Source of the DNA: a virus
Strand: one strand, 5' to 3'
Virus record (IMG/VR): IMGVR_UViG_3300022752_004330
Span: 1 to 64,000 of that record
DNA length: 64,000 bases
Made by a program: the position numbers and the translations under genes
The notes under the pieces: generated by a model
The model's input: the letters and a program-made list of their open reading frames with translations, nothing else
Databases searched by the model: none
Told to the model about the DNA's origin: nothing
Shown here: positions 35,196 to 48,100 of the stretch, piece after piece
Position numbering within the stretch: the first letter of the stretch is position 1
Layout of the letters: every line of letters starts with the position of its first letter

Positions 35196-36509
35196 ATGAG
35201 ACATTGCGATTCAATTATTCGTATTCTACAAGATCACCCCAGCAGGTTAAACAAAGAAGCTATTATTCTTGCAGAAGCAGAATCTGGTAATGAAGAACTT
35301 TTCGCCGGATTTAGATGGTGCCTGAGCCCATATGCTACATTTGGTGTGAAAAAAGTTCCAGAACACAAAAACCCAGATGGTCCCGGAGTGTCTTGGAACG
35401 ACTTTGAAACATTATTGAACATGCTGAGTTCACGAACTATTACTGGACACGATGCAAGAGATGCTATTGAGCGAGTAATGCTAGCCAGCACCAGAAGTCA
35501 ATGGAATGATTGGTATAGACGCATATTGATTAAGGATCTGCGTTGTGGCGTAAGTGAAAAAACTATCAACAAGGTACTACAGGATTTTCCTAACATTGTA
35601 CCTATTCCTGTATTTGAGTGTATGTTAGCACATGATTCTGCTAATCATGAAAAGAAAATTCAAGGTAAAAAATTATTAGAACCCAAACTAGATGGTGTCA
35701 GAGTAATCACCATAGTTGACACTGTGAATAACACAGTGGTGCAATATAGTAGAAATGGTAAAGTATTAGAAAATTTCACTCATATTACCGACAGTTTGTT
35801 AAAACACATTAATCTAATTGAACGTCCTATGGTATTAGACGGTGAAATAGTAAGTACTAGTTTTCAAGATCTTATGAAGCAGGTACATCGCAAGGACAAT
35901 GTACAGGCTGGCGACGCAAGATTAATGCTGTTTGATATTATCCCGTTAAGTGAGTTCAGGGCAGGGGTTAGTGTAATGGGACAGCGCCGCCGTAGTAATT
36001 TGTTACGTACGATGAAACCAATTTTTAATATAATTGGTCATATTGATATTATTCCTCAAGAAGAAGTTGACCTGGACACCTATGTTGGAGAGTTGCAATT
36101 TAAACAGTTTAACAAAGATGCTATAGACAAGGGTTTTGAAGGTATTATGATAAAGGATTTAGAGGCAAAGTATGAATGTAAAAGATCAGCTAGCTGGCTT
36201 AAGCAAAAACCTTTCATTGAAGTATCACTTCAAGTCGTTGAGGTTGAAGAGGGCACAGGCAGGAATGTGGGCAGACTTGGTGCACTGGTCTTGGAAGGTG
36301 TGGATGACGACAAGACAATCAGAGTTAACTGTGGTTCGGGCTTTAGTGACGCTGACCGCGGTATATTTTGGACAGGGCGTGATACGCTACCTGGTCAAGT
36401 AGTAGAGGTTCGTGCAGATGCTATTACACAAAATCAAGACGGTTCTTACTCGCTTAGGTTTCCGAGATTCCTACGTTTCCGAGGATTTAAAGCAGGGGAG
36501 AAACTCTAG
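35196..36509 (+). CDS. lig: ATP-dependent DNA ligase
   Basis: EPKLDGVR (motif I), LDGEI, FDII, EGIMIK, SLRFPRF. Confidence 0.95.
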   Translation: MRHCDSIIRILQDHPSRLNKEAIILAEAESGNEELFAGFRWCLSPYATFGVKKVPEHKNPDGPGVSWNDFETLLNMLSSRTITGHDARDAIERVMLASTRSQWNDWYRRILIKDLRCGVSEKTINKVLQDFPNIVPIPVFECMLAHDSANHEKKIQGKKLLEPKLDGVRVITIVDTVNNTVVQYSRNGKVLENFTHITDSLLKHINLIERPMVLDGEIVSTSFQDLMKQVHRKDNVQAGDARLMLFDIIPLSEFRAGVSVMGQRRRSNLLRTMKPIFNIIGHIDIIPQEEVDLDTYVGELQFKQFNKDAIDKGFEGIMIKDLEAKYECKRSASWLKQKPFIEVSLQVVEVEEGTGRNVGRLGALVLEGVDDDKTIRVNCGSGFSDADRGIFWTGRDTLPGQVVEVRADAITQNQDGSYSLRFPRFLRFRGFKAGEKL

Positions 36510-36510
36510 T

Positions 36511-36753
36511 TTGGATAAACAAGCCTTGAAGAATATCTTATATGGAAGTATATATGAGTTAGCTAAAGATCAGAAATATTTTTATCATAGTCCCTTTGGA
36601 GGAAAGTATAATCATTTTACTCCAGAAGGAGAAAAGGCTGTTTTAGAAATCTTAACCATATGGGTAGAAAAAATTTTGCAAGAAGAAAAAACTATTTTAG
36701 ACCAACGTGCTAAAGAATTAGTTATTAAAGGATTAAAAGGAGACAAAGACTAG
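36511..36753 (+). CDS. Hypothetical protein
   Basis: ORF track 36412..36753; likely TTG start at 36511, after the ligase stop. Confidence 0.6.
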   Translation: MDKQALKNILYGSIYELAKDQKYFYHSPFGGKYNHFTPEGEKAVLEILTIWVEKILQEEKTILDQRAKELVIKGLKGDKD

Positions 36754-36971
36754 TGCCAAAAGAGGATTTAATAAGTTTAGATGGAAAAATTGAAGAAGTT
36801 TTACCTAATGCCATGTTCAGAGTGAAATTAGAACAAGGAGCAATAATATTAGGACATATCAGTGGTCGTATGCGGCAAAATAAAATACAAATTTTAACCG
36901 GTGATCGTGTTAAAGTTGAAATGAGTCCTTATGATTTAACCAAAGGACGCATTGTCTATAGAGAAAAATAG
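36753..36971 (+). CDS. infA: Translation initiation factor IF-1
   Basis: [38 protein letters not shown]. Confidence 0.95.
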   Translation: MPKEDLISLDGKIEEVLPNAMFRVKLEQGAIILGHISGRMRQNKIQILTGDRVKVEMSPYDLTKGRIVYREK

Positions 36972-37487
36972 TTAATCTAAATCTAAATAACGTCTCCAGC
37001 TGGCATGGGCGAGCGAAAACTCCATGCTTTTTCTGTTATCTACTAACTGGTAGTAATTAGGTTTGTAAGGTTTAATCTTTGGCTTAATTTTTTTGTTATT
37101 TCCCTTTTTAGCATTGCAATCTCCACAGGCTGTCACTGTGTTTTCAAACACAGTTTTACCACCATAACTGGTCGGTAAGACATGATCTAACGTAGCTGTG
37201 GCACGATTCACTTTTACCTCGCAATATTGACAGGTAAATCTATCACGTAGAAATACATTAGATTTACTAAATCGTACGGTTAACTTACGTTTTTCATAAA
37301 CGTGCAACATCATCACCGAAGGCACAGGAGTTGACCAATTTGGTGAGCTTACTACCCAGTTTTCATAAAACTCTAATACTGCGGCCTTTTCTAATACCAT
37401 GTATTTTATAGATTCTTCCCATGGAATTACACTTAACGGAAGCCAAGACACTGGGGCTCCGTCTGCATTTAATATCAACGTCGTCAT
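36972..37487 (-). CDS. HNH endonuclease (McrA-like)
   Basis: LILNAD, NVFLRD.FTCQYC, TLDHVLP..GG...N.V.AC..CN..K. Confidence 0.9.
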   Translation of the reverse strand: MTTLILNADGAPVSWLPLSVIPWEESIKYMVLEKAAVLEFYENWVVSSPNWSTPVPSVMMLHVYEKRKLTVRFSKSNVFLRDRFTCQYCEVKVNRATATLDHVLPTSYGGKTVFENTVTACGDCNAKKGNNKKIKPKIKPYKPNYYQLVDNRKSMEFSLAHASWRRYLDLD

Positions 37488-37564
37488 TTTTGAATTTATT
37501 TATGAAAGTAAATATACTACTTTATTCTAACATAAAATAAAAATAAATGCAACTAAATAATGAT

Positions 37565-37846
37565 ATGACGTATTCTACCTTTATCCATTCTGGCATTGTT
37601 AATCCAAAGACCACAGTCTTACCCGAAAACAAAGAACCCGAAACTGTGGTTATTGAATATGATTTATTATCTGAAATCCTACAGTCTGTTCACGGACGTA
37701 AAGAAATAAAGACAATTTTAGAAAAAATTAAAGAATTAAAAGATACTGGTGTACTAACTAAAAAATCTCATGCTGAGGCGTTTGAATTAACTATCTCAGA
37801 AGATGATAAAGCTCTAAAAGATATTAAAAAATTAGCTGGATTGTAA
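37565..37846 (+). CDS. Hypothetical protein (ends IKKLAGL)
   Basis: Start reassigned to ATG 37565, 5 nt after TAAATA. Confidence 0.6.
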   Translation: MTYSTFIHSGIVNPKTTVLPENKEPETVVIEYDLLSEILQSVHGRKEIKTILEKIKELKDTGVLTKKSHAEAFELTISEDDKALKDIKKLAGL

Positions 37847-37847
37847 A

Positions 37848-39047
37848 ATGAGTATATTATTCATTAACACTGGAACTGGAGCCAATGCTAAAAATGGCGA
37901 TTCACTAAGAACAGCGTTTAATAAAGTAAATCAAAACTTTGCCTATTTAAGCACTGCAAGTTTCGATAAGCATGGAGTTACAGGACCCCAAGGAGTTCCA
38001 GGACCAACTGGTCCAGAAGGTCCGCAGGGTGGACTAGGTCCAATTGGTGTAACTGGTCCACAAGGGCCAAAGGGTGATTTTGGCCCAACTGGTCCTAGCG
38101 GCCCGGCCAGCACAGTTCCAGGGCCACAAGGTCCCACAGGTTCAGTAGGCCCAACTGGTCCAACGGGTGCTATAGGTCCCACAGGTCCCAGCGGAGGACC
38201 TCCAGGTCCAACTGGCCCAACAGGTATACAGGGGCAAATAGGACCTTCTGGTCCATCAGGCCCTCAAGGTTTAAAGGGTGATACTGGAAGTATACAGGTA
38301 AGTTTAATTACTATTGGTAATACTATTACCAATGCTGTAAACAATGTAACCGCATTGAGATTTGATCAGGACAGCGGATTTGATGTTGTGAACCTAGGCG
38401 GCGGTGCTGCCAAAATACAGCTCAATAGTACCTTTAAATATTGGAACGTAAACGGTCTTCCAGGATTAACAGCTGAGGCATTAGATACAGTTAATTTTGT
38501 TGCCAGCACAGGCACTAGAATTGTAGCAACTACATCTGGCACTAACAAATCTATCACATTTAGCGTATTACCCGCTACCACAACTACTCTAGGCGGTGTA
38601 AAATCTGGCGTAGGATTAAACATTTCTGCAGACGGAACTCTCAGCGTAAGAGCAGCTACCACACAGTCTTTAGGCGGTATTATTATTGGTAGTGGTCTAG
38701 CAGCAGGAGTAGACGGCACTGTTAGCGCAGCAGGAGTTATAAAAACTTTTAATGTTGCAGGTGAATTTTGGAGTCCTGTAGCAGGCACAGCAGCCTTTTT
38801 TGTTACTCAACAAACCACACTAAGGTCTGTTAATATCAGTGTAGGATCTGGTTCTACTTCAGATATCATGGCGGGTTTATATAGAAATAATAGTTTGATA
38901 TCTTTTTTTACTTTGCCAGCTGGTTATCAAAACTTGTGGATAAATAGTCCTATTACCACCTTATATGTAAATGATAGACTTACAGTGAGCATTGAAACTG
39001 GTCAAGGGTTGAATTTTTCAATGGAACTGCTTAATATCCAAAAATAA
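37848..39047 (+). CDS. Collagen-repeat virion fibre with baseplate-type N-terminus
   Basis: [23 protein letters not shown] (T4 gp9/gp10-like N-terminus), long G-X-Y run, ATTTTLGGV repeats. Confidence 0.8.
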   Translation: MSILFINTGTGANAKNGDSLRTAFNKVNQNFAYLSTASFDKHGVTGPQGVPGPTGPEGPQGGLGPIGVTGPQGPKGDFGPTGPSGPASTVPGPQGPTGSVGPTGPTGAIGPTGPSGGPPGPTGPTGIQGQIGPSGPSGPQGLKGDTGSIQVSLITIGNTITNAVNNVTALRFDQDSGFDVVNLGGGAAKIQLNSTFKYWNVNGLPGLTAEALDTVNFVASTGTRIVATTSGTNKSITFSVLPATTTTLGGVKSGVGLNISADGTLSVRAATTQSLGGIIIGSGLAAGVDGTVSAAGVIKTFNVAGEFWSPVAGTAAFFVTQQTTLRSVNISVGSGSTSDIMAGLYRNNSLISFFTLPAGYQNLWINSPITTLYVNDRLTVSIETGQGLNFSMELLNIQK

Positions 39048-39112
39048 TAAAAATAGATAAATAAATTTACAATAAGTTTCGGGTGAGACTTGAGAAATAG
39101 GAGATTAAACTA

Positions 39113-42112
39113 ATGGCTACTTTAAATGAATTAGGTAGAAATAGTGCAAGTATAACATACGGACCGTTCGCGACTGGTGCTGACATTTGGCCAACTTTTG
39201 CTTTGTTTGATCAATGGATTAGAAATGATACCATGCAAGGCACAGTTACAGCTTCTGGCACAACAGTTACAGGTGCCGGTACTATTTTTACTACACAATT
39301 ACGTGCTGGCGATGTTGTAATGGTCGCTGGACAACTTAGAACAATTGCAACTGTGGTATCAGATACATCATGTACTGTAACAGTGGCGTTTAGTCCTGCC
39401 GTGAGCTTGCCAACATTAATGGAACACATTAATAACACGTTCGGTGGAAGCGGTGGAAGTCTTACAGGAACTATTGCTTGTTCAGTAAGAAATAATGTAA
39501 CAGGTGTAGTTAGTTGCACCAACGGTTCTGCCGTGGTAAATGGTGTTGGAACGTATTTTTTAAGTGAATTAACTAATAGCGTAACAACAAATGCACTAGC
39601 TGGTACAGTTGCAGTAGACACAAGTGGAAATGTTACAGGTTCTGCTACTACATTTAACCAAGGTGCAGATGGAAGCACTAATAGACTACAGGTAGGCGAT
39701 AGTGTGCTTATCGGAAGTGCTTATTTTATTATTGCAACAGTAACTAGTGATACTGCTGCTACTGTTGTAACTCCTCCTGCGGTGGCTATTTCAGCTGGTG
39801 CTACTATTGCTAAAGCGCTTAACGCAGTTTCAGGAAGAACAGTTCAAATACAAGGCAGATTAAGAACAGTTTTATCTGTTGTAAGTAACAACCAAATTAT
39901 TCTGAACGCTCCAATGGATTTCACCGATAGCAATTTAAAAATTAGATCATGGCCAAGAGGTACACTTACTGTTTCTGCTGGTAGTTCTGGTGTTACAGGT
40001 GTTAGTACAAACTTTAGCTGGGATTGTGTAAACGGTGATCAAATGTGGATCGGTGATGAGCTTAGAGGTTTTACATTTACTGCTAATGCTACAAACAGTG
40101 CTACACTAGTCGACTATACAGGATATGCAGGATCATCGATTGCGGTGTTACGTCAAGCAGTGACAGCTATTCAGTTTTATCGAGATGACACATACCTAAT
40201 AGGTACAGGTTCTAATTTTATCAACGAAGTTAGAGTAGGCGACGATTTAGTAATTGATTGCACAAGAGTTACTGTAACAGCAGTATTAAGTGCAACCAGT
40301 ATGAGAATCAGTTTACCATTTAGTCATAATATCACAGCAGCCACTGCCTATAAGCTGAAGAAGTTACATGGTTATGTACTAGAAGGTACAAGAGAAGGTG
40401 CAGGTACCGGTGGTAAATTTTCTCAGGTTACTTCGATGGCGTTGGCCGCTGGTACAATTTATCCAGCAGGTTCAACACAGGTTGTTGTTGCTTCTTCAAC
40501 AAACTTTTCACAGTTTGGTATTATAAAGATTTCAGGTGCAGGTGGACCACCTCAGCAGTTAGCAGGTCAAGTTACTGCAACAGGTACCGCAGTTACTGGT
40601 GTCAATACATTGTTTACAACACAGTTACATATTGGTGCAGAAATTATTATTGCTGGACAACATGCCGTGGTAACTGCGATAACCAGTGATACTGCTTGTA
40701 CTGTTTCACAGTCTTTCACTATTGCTGTGGCAACAATTACCCCAATTTACAGAAGTATTCCTTTGTATACATGGATGGCTGCTGTAAGCGGCACGACAAT
40801 CACACTGGGTGTTCCATTACGTCACCCAATTTATAGCACCGGTCAACTGCCACATCTAATCTACACACATACAGGTGCCACAGACTTTATTGAATATGTC
40901 TACAGTGCTCCAAATTATGCTATTGACAACTTAACAGGCGGCGGTACGGCAACATTGAGTAATGTAAGCTTAGATAGAAAGTATTTCGGGCTAAGATATT
41001 ATCCATTAGCAACCGGTGATGGTTCAGGTAACTTAATTACCAACGCTGGTAGCGCAATGAATCTTACTGTATACGAACGTTGGGCAGCTAGTTATGGTCA
41101 AGCAGGTGGTGTTGGAATTAACCAAGCAGATTTAAGTGGCGGTACACATGCGCTCACAGCCACTGCTCCAAACTTCTATGGTGTTGATCAAACTAACATG
41201 TCACAGACCACAGGCGGTTTCTTGTACTTGTTTGCTCATCCACGTTATATGGTTGTTCAAGGCAAGACATTCTTAAACGTTCAAAAGAGATGGCTCGGTT
41301 GTATTGAGTTTGAGCGTGCCCAACCAGAAGATACTTCAACTGGTCTTGGTACCACAGCAGGTATTACGTTTAACCTCGGTGCTCCGTTACTTACTGTTGG
41401 TGGTAGTGGATCTAACGTACCAATTTCGTTGAATATTTCACCATGGCCCTGCTATGCTTATTTCAACGGTGAGCGTTTCCCAATTGGTGGATCGCAATTA
41501 GCTACACTTCCTGTGTCATTGACACATGGGACACACGGTATGTTATTTGCTACACCACGTGTTCGTTGTTCAACAGGCGATTTAACAGGTCAAAACGCAC
41601 ATATCTATAGCGCATGTACTATTACAACTGGTGCGTGGGGTCATATGATTGAGTTTATTGGTAGCGGTGCTTATCAAACTACTTCAGCAGGTTCGGGCGG
41701 TGCTTTAGTAGCTCAACCAGCTGGTGCGTTCCCTCAGTTACACATGGGACAGATTGTGCCTGTTTATACTAACGTATATAACAGTAAGCGTTTTATGTTT
41801 AGTCCAGTGGTTGTACTTGGTCCAAAATATGATCCAGATATCCGTGGTAGAATTTACGGATTGAAGATTATTCCAAGTGGTCTAGGTACACTAATGGATA
41901 CAGTAAGTGTAACAATTGACAGTGCGTTCTTTTATAACGCAGCAGGAACAGCCACTGATCATTGGGTACTAACTTCTTCAGTTAATACATTTAGAACTAC
42001 ATTGGCAGGTAATAACTTCCAATCTTCACGTAGTTTAGAAGATTCAACAACACTTGCGGCTAACAGTGTTCTAACATTTACTAATAACTTTAGGTTTGCT
42101 TTGCCTGCCTAA
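39113..42112 (+). CDS. Large virion structural/fibre protein (repeated VTG.GT.F...L..GD modules)
   Basis: 999 aa, Thr/Gly/Ala-rich repeats, AGGAG RBS, downstream terminator. Confidence 0.75.
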   Translation: MATLNELGRNSASITYGPFATGADIWPTFALFDQWIRNDTMQGTVTASGTTVTGAGTIFTTQLRAGDVVMVAGQLRTIATVVSDTSCTVTVAFSPAVSLPTLMEHINNTFGGSGGSLTGTIACSVRNNVTGVVSCTNGSAVVNGVGTYFLSELTNSVTTNALAGTVAVDTSGNVTGSATTFNQGADGSTNRLQVGDSVLIGSAYFIIATVTSDTAATVVTPPAVAISAGATIAKALNAVSGRTVQIQGRLRTVLSVVSNNQIILNAPMDFTDSNLKIRSWPRGTLTVSAGSSGVTGVSTNFSWDCVNGDQMWIGDELRGFTFTANATNSATLVDYTGYAGSSIAVLRQAVTAIQFYRDDTYLIGTGSNFINEVRVGDDLVIDCTRVTVTAVLSATSMRISLPFSHNITAATAYKLKKLHGYVLEGTREGAGTGGKFSQVTSMALAAGTIYPAGSTQVVVASSTNFSQFGIIKISGAGGPPQQLAGQVTATGTAVTGVNTLFTTQLHIGAEIIIAGQHAVVTAITSDTACTVSQSFTIAVATITPIYRSIPLYTWMAAVSGTTITLGVPLRHPIYSTGQLPHLIYTHTGATDFIEYVYSAPNYAIDNLTGGGTATLSNVSLDRKYFGLRYYPLATGDGSGNLITNAGSAMNLTVYERWAASYGQAGGVGINQADLSGGTHALTATAPNFYGVDQTNMSQTTGGFLYLFAHPRYMVVQGKTFLNVQKRWLGCIEFERAQPEDTSTGLGTTAGITFNLGAPLLTVGGSGSNVPISLNISPWPCYAYFNGERFPIGGSQLATLPVSLTHGTHGMLFATPRVRCSTGDLTGQNAHIYSACTITTGAWGHMIEFIGSGAYQTTSAGSGGALVAQPAGAFPQLHMGQIVPVYTNVYNSKRFMFSPVVVLGPKYDPDIRGRIYGLKIIPSGLGTLMDTVSVTIDSAFFYNAAGTATDHWVLTSSVNTFRTTLAGNNFQSSRSLEDSTTLAANSVLTFTNNFRFALPA

Positions 42113-42132
42113 TGAGTTTAAAGGTAGAAATT

Positions 42133-42161
42133 AAATGCCCGTCAATGACGGGCATTTTTTT
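42133..42161 (+). terminator. Rho-independent terminator
   Basis: AAATGCCCGTC-AAT-GACGGGCATTT followed by a T run. Confidence 0.85.
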
Positions 42162-42176
42162 GGTAAATAGTTTATC

Positions 42177-45100
42177 ATGAACTACATCTATCCTGCAATC
42201 GGTAATCTATATCAAATCAGTGGTAGTAACAAAATCACAAGTAATAGTGTTCAATACTATACATATGATAGGGATATTCTTACTACTACATTAAACACTT
42301 CTACTGCTACAACTTATTTTTATAATAACAGAGCTGGTTCTACCAGTGGCAGCATAACACAAGCAATATTTTTAAGTTTAAGTTACACAGGAACATTTAC
42401 TACATCTTACTATGTAGAAACGGTGAATGTCACCACAAATACCAATAATAGCATTACTTTTGTGCCTCCGGTGGGATTTCCTGATTTTACTTTTGGAGAT
42501 ATTCAAGTAATTGTAGCATCTGGTATAACATATCCAACCTCTGGTTTTCAACTGGATAACAAGGTACTGAATTATACAGTGGCACCAAAAATGCGGGCGA
42601 TATCTAATGTCATTGTGCCCAGTAGTGTAAAAAGAGAATTCACGGCTCGTGCAAGATTAGATTCAAGATTTATATCAACAGGTCAACGTGTAGATTTATT
42701 ACAAAGATTAAAAACTAGCGAGAAACCTTTAATACCAGGTAATCAACTTTTAAAAACACCTCCGGTTGTCGTGGAAGGGTGGGCCACAAGAAGAATCTAT
42801 TCAGCTACGACTTCTACTCAAGACAGATATTTAATAATTAATACCACAGCCACTACGTCATATTTTACAGGAACAACTACGGCTATTGTTTTGACAGCTC
42901 CGTTAAACCAACCAGTATTTCCGAATTCTCTAATTCAAATTCTTAATATTCCGCAGCTGAACTTTTCAGCTTCTGCTGGAGTGGTATTATTAGATGAAGG
43001 TCTGTCTCCTGCAGGTACTTTAGTTTATTGGAGTCCGCAAACAACTTTCTCAATGACATATGGTAACCTTGGAAGTGGTTCAGCTCACGGCTATGTACCA
43101 TCAACAAGTTTTGTTTTAACATATCCCAACTTACCTAACCATACACAAATGAGATATAGTTTCAATTGGCATTTTGTTGATAGTGTAGATAGTGAAACTA
43201 GCTGGTTTGAAATAGATGGACTTAGATATTTCCAATTTACCAAAAGCGGCGTTGTAGGGGCTCCTCAAAATATTTCCGTAGATCGTTTGACTCCGAATTC
43301 ATCTAATGGTGGAGGTTATGCTTGGTCAGGAGTACAAACCTATAGTTATCGACCGTTCTATGGTGGCAGTCAAGGAGGTGACGGGTATATAACTATTGAT
43401 ACAGGTTGGATTAACCACTTTGCCGGTAGCGTGATAATTAATCACTTTATTGGAGTCGATCAAGTACAGACTGACGAAGCAAGCTATATAAGTCATGCTA
43501 AATTACAAGTACGAGGTAATCAAGTGTCATTGCCAGTGAACTTTGGTCTAGGAAATTATTTGGTGGATAGTGTTAGCACAAGCTCTAACACTATATTTGT
43601 AAAAGGTTTAAATGTTTTTACTACGGCTAGCGGAATTTCCACTCCTTCAGTTCTTGGTACAGTTACTAATTTCTTAAATGTTTATTCTGTATACAGTCCA
43701 GTTACAGTTTTTTCTAATAGCTTTACACAACAAACTCAACTTTTGGTCACAGGAAAGATACCTAATCAAGTTGAACGTATCAAGGCAGTAGTTGAAGCTC
43801 CAGTGAAAGTAGCCACAACCAATTTATATAGTAAAATTAGGGGGGTGGTCACTGATAATTATATTAATAGAACACCTAATCTAAGGATTTTAAATTTATT
43901 CAAAGAAATAAGAGTAGGTTACCGTGGCACACAAACTGAAACTAAGGTACTTATTTTTAATACAGTAACAGTAAAATATCCCTTATTAGATAATGCAAAT
44001 ATTCTTAAAGTTTATTCACCTACCGTCACTTATGGGGATGCTTGGGGCGTAGTAGCAAAGACAGGAATATCAGGGGTACCAGAAAATCCTAACGTTACAG
44101 GAGTGTTTTTTAATACTTCAAGCACCTTGTTTACAACTATTACAGCGGATAGTACTTTACCGCAGTTTTTTCCAGGATACCAAGTAAAGATCCAAACACA
44201 ATCACGTGGAACAGTAGAATTAACCCCTATTACAAGCTCTACTGATGTTTCTACTAGAGTTGGAGCTAATGCTTATATTCAATTTTCTGGACAAATTGTT
44301 GCCAATACCTTTCAATATAACGGATTTTTTGGTGTTCCAACTTATTATGAAGCATGGGTGAATTTAAACAATAGTAATGGTGGATTCATTGCTATGGAAC
44401 AGCAGTCAAGTTGGGACGATTCAATTAATATAGCCTTTGGTATTGGACCTGCCTTGGTAGGCGGGGGAACTAGGGTATTCATGGGTTATAATACTGGATA
44501 TTGGTCGGGCTGGAGTACTTGGTATATAGCTGCGTCAACAAACCAAGTTACACCGGGCCGTTGGACTCATATCGCAGGTTCATGGGATGGCGGAACCTTT
44601 AGAGTTTATATAAACGGTACACTAGAGGGATCGTCCGGTACAAGTGGTCAGTTACAAAATGGTGGTTTTGGATATGTAAATCTTTTAGCTAACAATGGTG
44701 GTGGTGAAATTTTTGATGGCTCAATATTTAATTTCAGGATCATTAATACTATAACCACTGTGCCACCTTCGGTATTGGCTCTACCAGGTAACGGATTTGC
44801 TGGCCCAACTGGTCAGTTTTATGGTGGTGATATTGTTCCTGGAACTAGGATGGTAGCATTTAATAGTCCATTTAATAATAATAACCTTCCAAAAACAGTA
44901 AACACAACAACTATGATTGCTTTTCCAACGAATGCATTGAGTGTAGGCACTGTTAATTTTATTAATCCTCAAAATTTTAATTTCCCTCAGAACGTAGCCT
45001 TCATTAGACCAGCAAATACTGTGACAATTGTATATCCTGAAGAAACATATGAAGTGATAGGAGCGTCGGGTAACCAGTTATACATTAAAGGATTGGCTAG

Positions 45101-48100
45101 TTTTAGAGATTTAAGCCAGTGGAAAATTACTATAAATCAACTTAACAATCCACAAACACCATTATATGGTGTTACTGCTACCATGGTTACTAGAACAAGA
45201 GAAATAGGCAAAGTTAAAAGTTTACAACAATTAAAAACTGTAGCATTACGTACTCAAGTAGCCAAAGCTAGTTTCGTTAATTTATTTAAAGAATCATTAG
45301 GTAATAGAATATTACCTGGTAGTCAAAATAGTATACGATTACTTAATTTCTCTGATGTAAACTTTGTAAAAAATTATTCATCAGGCACAACCACTAGTAC
45401 GTTTTGGACTGAAAGGAATATTTTCCTAACCACTAGCACTGTGGTAGGAACCTCAACCGTTTTAACTTTAAGCACTGCGGTTTCTTATCTATCAGTACCT
45501 AACTATGTTAGATTAGACTATAGATCATCTACATTAGAGACATTTCTTACCAGTAGAGAATCAGATTATGACAATCCTTTACAAGGAACCTATGGTAACA
45601 ACGTAGTAGGAGCAGTTGAGTTTACTTCGGCAGGAACCTATACCTTCTTCCCCCCGCCGGGCGTAACAGAAGTACATGTTGTCTGCATTGGTGCAGGGGC
45701 TAGAGGAGGAAGATTCAATTTTACTGGGGACGAATACGCAGGTGGCGGCGGTGGACTTGGGTGGAGAAATAATATTCCTGTGGCTGCAGGACAAGGATAT
45801 ACTGTTGTAGTAGGTTCTGGTAACGGAGCAGGTTATGTTGAAGGTGCAGATGGAGGCGATAGTTACTTTATTAGCACGGCCACTGTGGCAGGATTAGGCG
45901 GTAAAACTGGAAGGATAGCAGGTACTACTGGTACTACCATAGTAGGAACCATTACAAATCTTGTCATTGGATTTATGTCTGGTGCTGGCGGCGGATATGT
46001 AGGTGATGGAGGCGGCCGTGGAGGAAGAGGATTTAGTGGTGGTGGTGGGGCAGGTGGTTATTTTGGCTCAGGCGGAGACGGTGGACAATTTCCTCTGAGC
46101 TCTACAACTTTTGATGGTCTAGATGCTCAGTTAGGTAGTGGTGGGGCAGGTGGTGGTGGTGGAGCAGGTGATGCAACTGCAAGTTGGTATTTTTATAGAG
46201 CTGGTGGTGGCGGATCTGGTACAGGATATTACGGAATAAATCTTACTGGGCGAGGTGGTTTTAGAGGGAATACCCCTACTTTTGGATCTGGTTTGAGAGG
46301 ACAATTTGGTATTCCGGGTAGTCACGGCCAAAATGCTGAGGGTAATAGTAATAACCCAATTGGCGGTAGTGGAGGATTTCCTGGAGGTGGGGGTGGTAGA
46401 AGCGAACGACCAGGTGCCTACGGTACTGCCGAAACTCATGGAGGCGGCGGTAATGGTGCTGTAAGAATCATGTGGGGTAAAGGTAGAAGTTATCCATATA
46501 ATACAGTGCCTAGTGTAGGTACCAGTGTCAGATTTAATGGTACAAGTGATTATATTTCTATACCATATGCATTTATTAGACCAGTGTCTAGGTCTAGTCC
46601 GCAAATGGTTGAAGCTTGGGTAATGCCTGGACAGACAACGAATGGTATGATAATTGCCAGTGAAGAATATACCGGAGGTAGCAACTCTATTAACGTAGTT
46701 TTAGGATTAAGTAATAGTCCTCCGACAGGTTCTGGTAATAGAGCATGGTTTGGATTTTATACCGGAGCCACGTGGTATACTGCTGTTGGAATTACCCAAC
46801 TTCAAACTAATACATGGTATCATGTAGCTGGTCAATATGATGGAAATCAATTAAGGATTTATGTAAACGGTAATTTAGAAGGAACTACTGTAGTAGGGCT
46901 AGTTAACCTAAATGATTTTAATGGAAATTTATTCTTTATTGGAAAACGTTGGGACAATGGGGTTGATACTACACAAGTTTATTTCAACGGACACCTGTAT
47001 GGGGTAAGAGTAATTAATGAAGTAATCATGTATACAGGAAAGTTCACACCCCAATGGTTAGGATACATAACAACAATAGGACAAAATACTTTATTAGCAT
47101 GTACAGACAAGGCACCTATGATCAGCGTGCCCGGCCCTGGCACATATATTTCTAACGATTATCGAGGTCAAAACCTAGCAAGTTTGGCAGGTAGCACTGG
47201 TACAGTTAAGTTAAACCTAGGCAATGCTACAGGACGTCCTTTCTATGAAGAAAAAACTTATAACGTTTTATCAGCCAGTACTAATACCCTGACAATTGAT
47301 TTACCTCTTAACATAAACTTGGACAGATTTAACTATAGAGTTACGTTCACTGGACAGAATATTAATCAACCTCAACAAAATATAACATTTACAACTCTAT
47401 TAGATAAGCCACAAAAATTCTTAGCTATACCTACAGTAAAAGAAGCCAAAGATAAAGTCAAAGCTGATCAATTTATGTTTAATCCTAAGGTAACTTCGGC
47501 TTTGGAAGTACCTAGGTCCGCTAGCCAAAAAAGTCTTATTAAAGTCAGGGGATTACCTTTAGATAATTTAAATAAAGTAGCTAGACAGGAAAAATACAAA
47601 TCAACGAATTATTTTTCATTATTTTTACAAAATCAAGGTTTAATCAATAAATCGGCAATATCGCTAAGATCATTGCCTACAAGGTTAACCACTGATAAAG
47701 TTTTACAGATTCCTAGAATTACAGGAGAATTAAGTAGAATAATAAGTGGTCAAACACAGATAAGAAATTTAGTTAAGATGCCTGACGATAAATCAATCGC
47801 CAGAAACTTTTCATCTTTCAGCACTACAACAGAATTCTTTAGTCAAATAGATATTAGACCAATTAACCCACCAACTAATGCCAGAGAACGTTTATTCTTT
47901 GCTAACCTAGCAAGAAGTAAGTATGGTGTTGATCTTAATGTACAGACTAGAAACATAGCTAGTCCTATTAACCTAACACCTCCTAAAACAGGTATAGTGG
48001 TATCTGGAGCAGGTGTGGTATGGGTAAATCAGGCCTATAGAATACGAGGGACAAACTTACAGACCACTGCAAATTTAAATTGGTATACCGCTGATGATCC

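Noticed and set aside
36972-37487. Second HNH as a mobile homing element
   Set aside because: It is a compact McrA-like type without NUMOD DNA-binding repeats, and no disrupted neighbouring gene was found.
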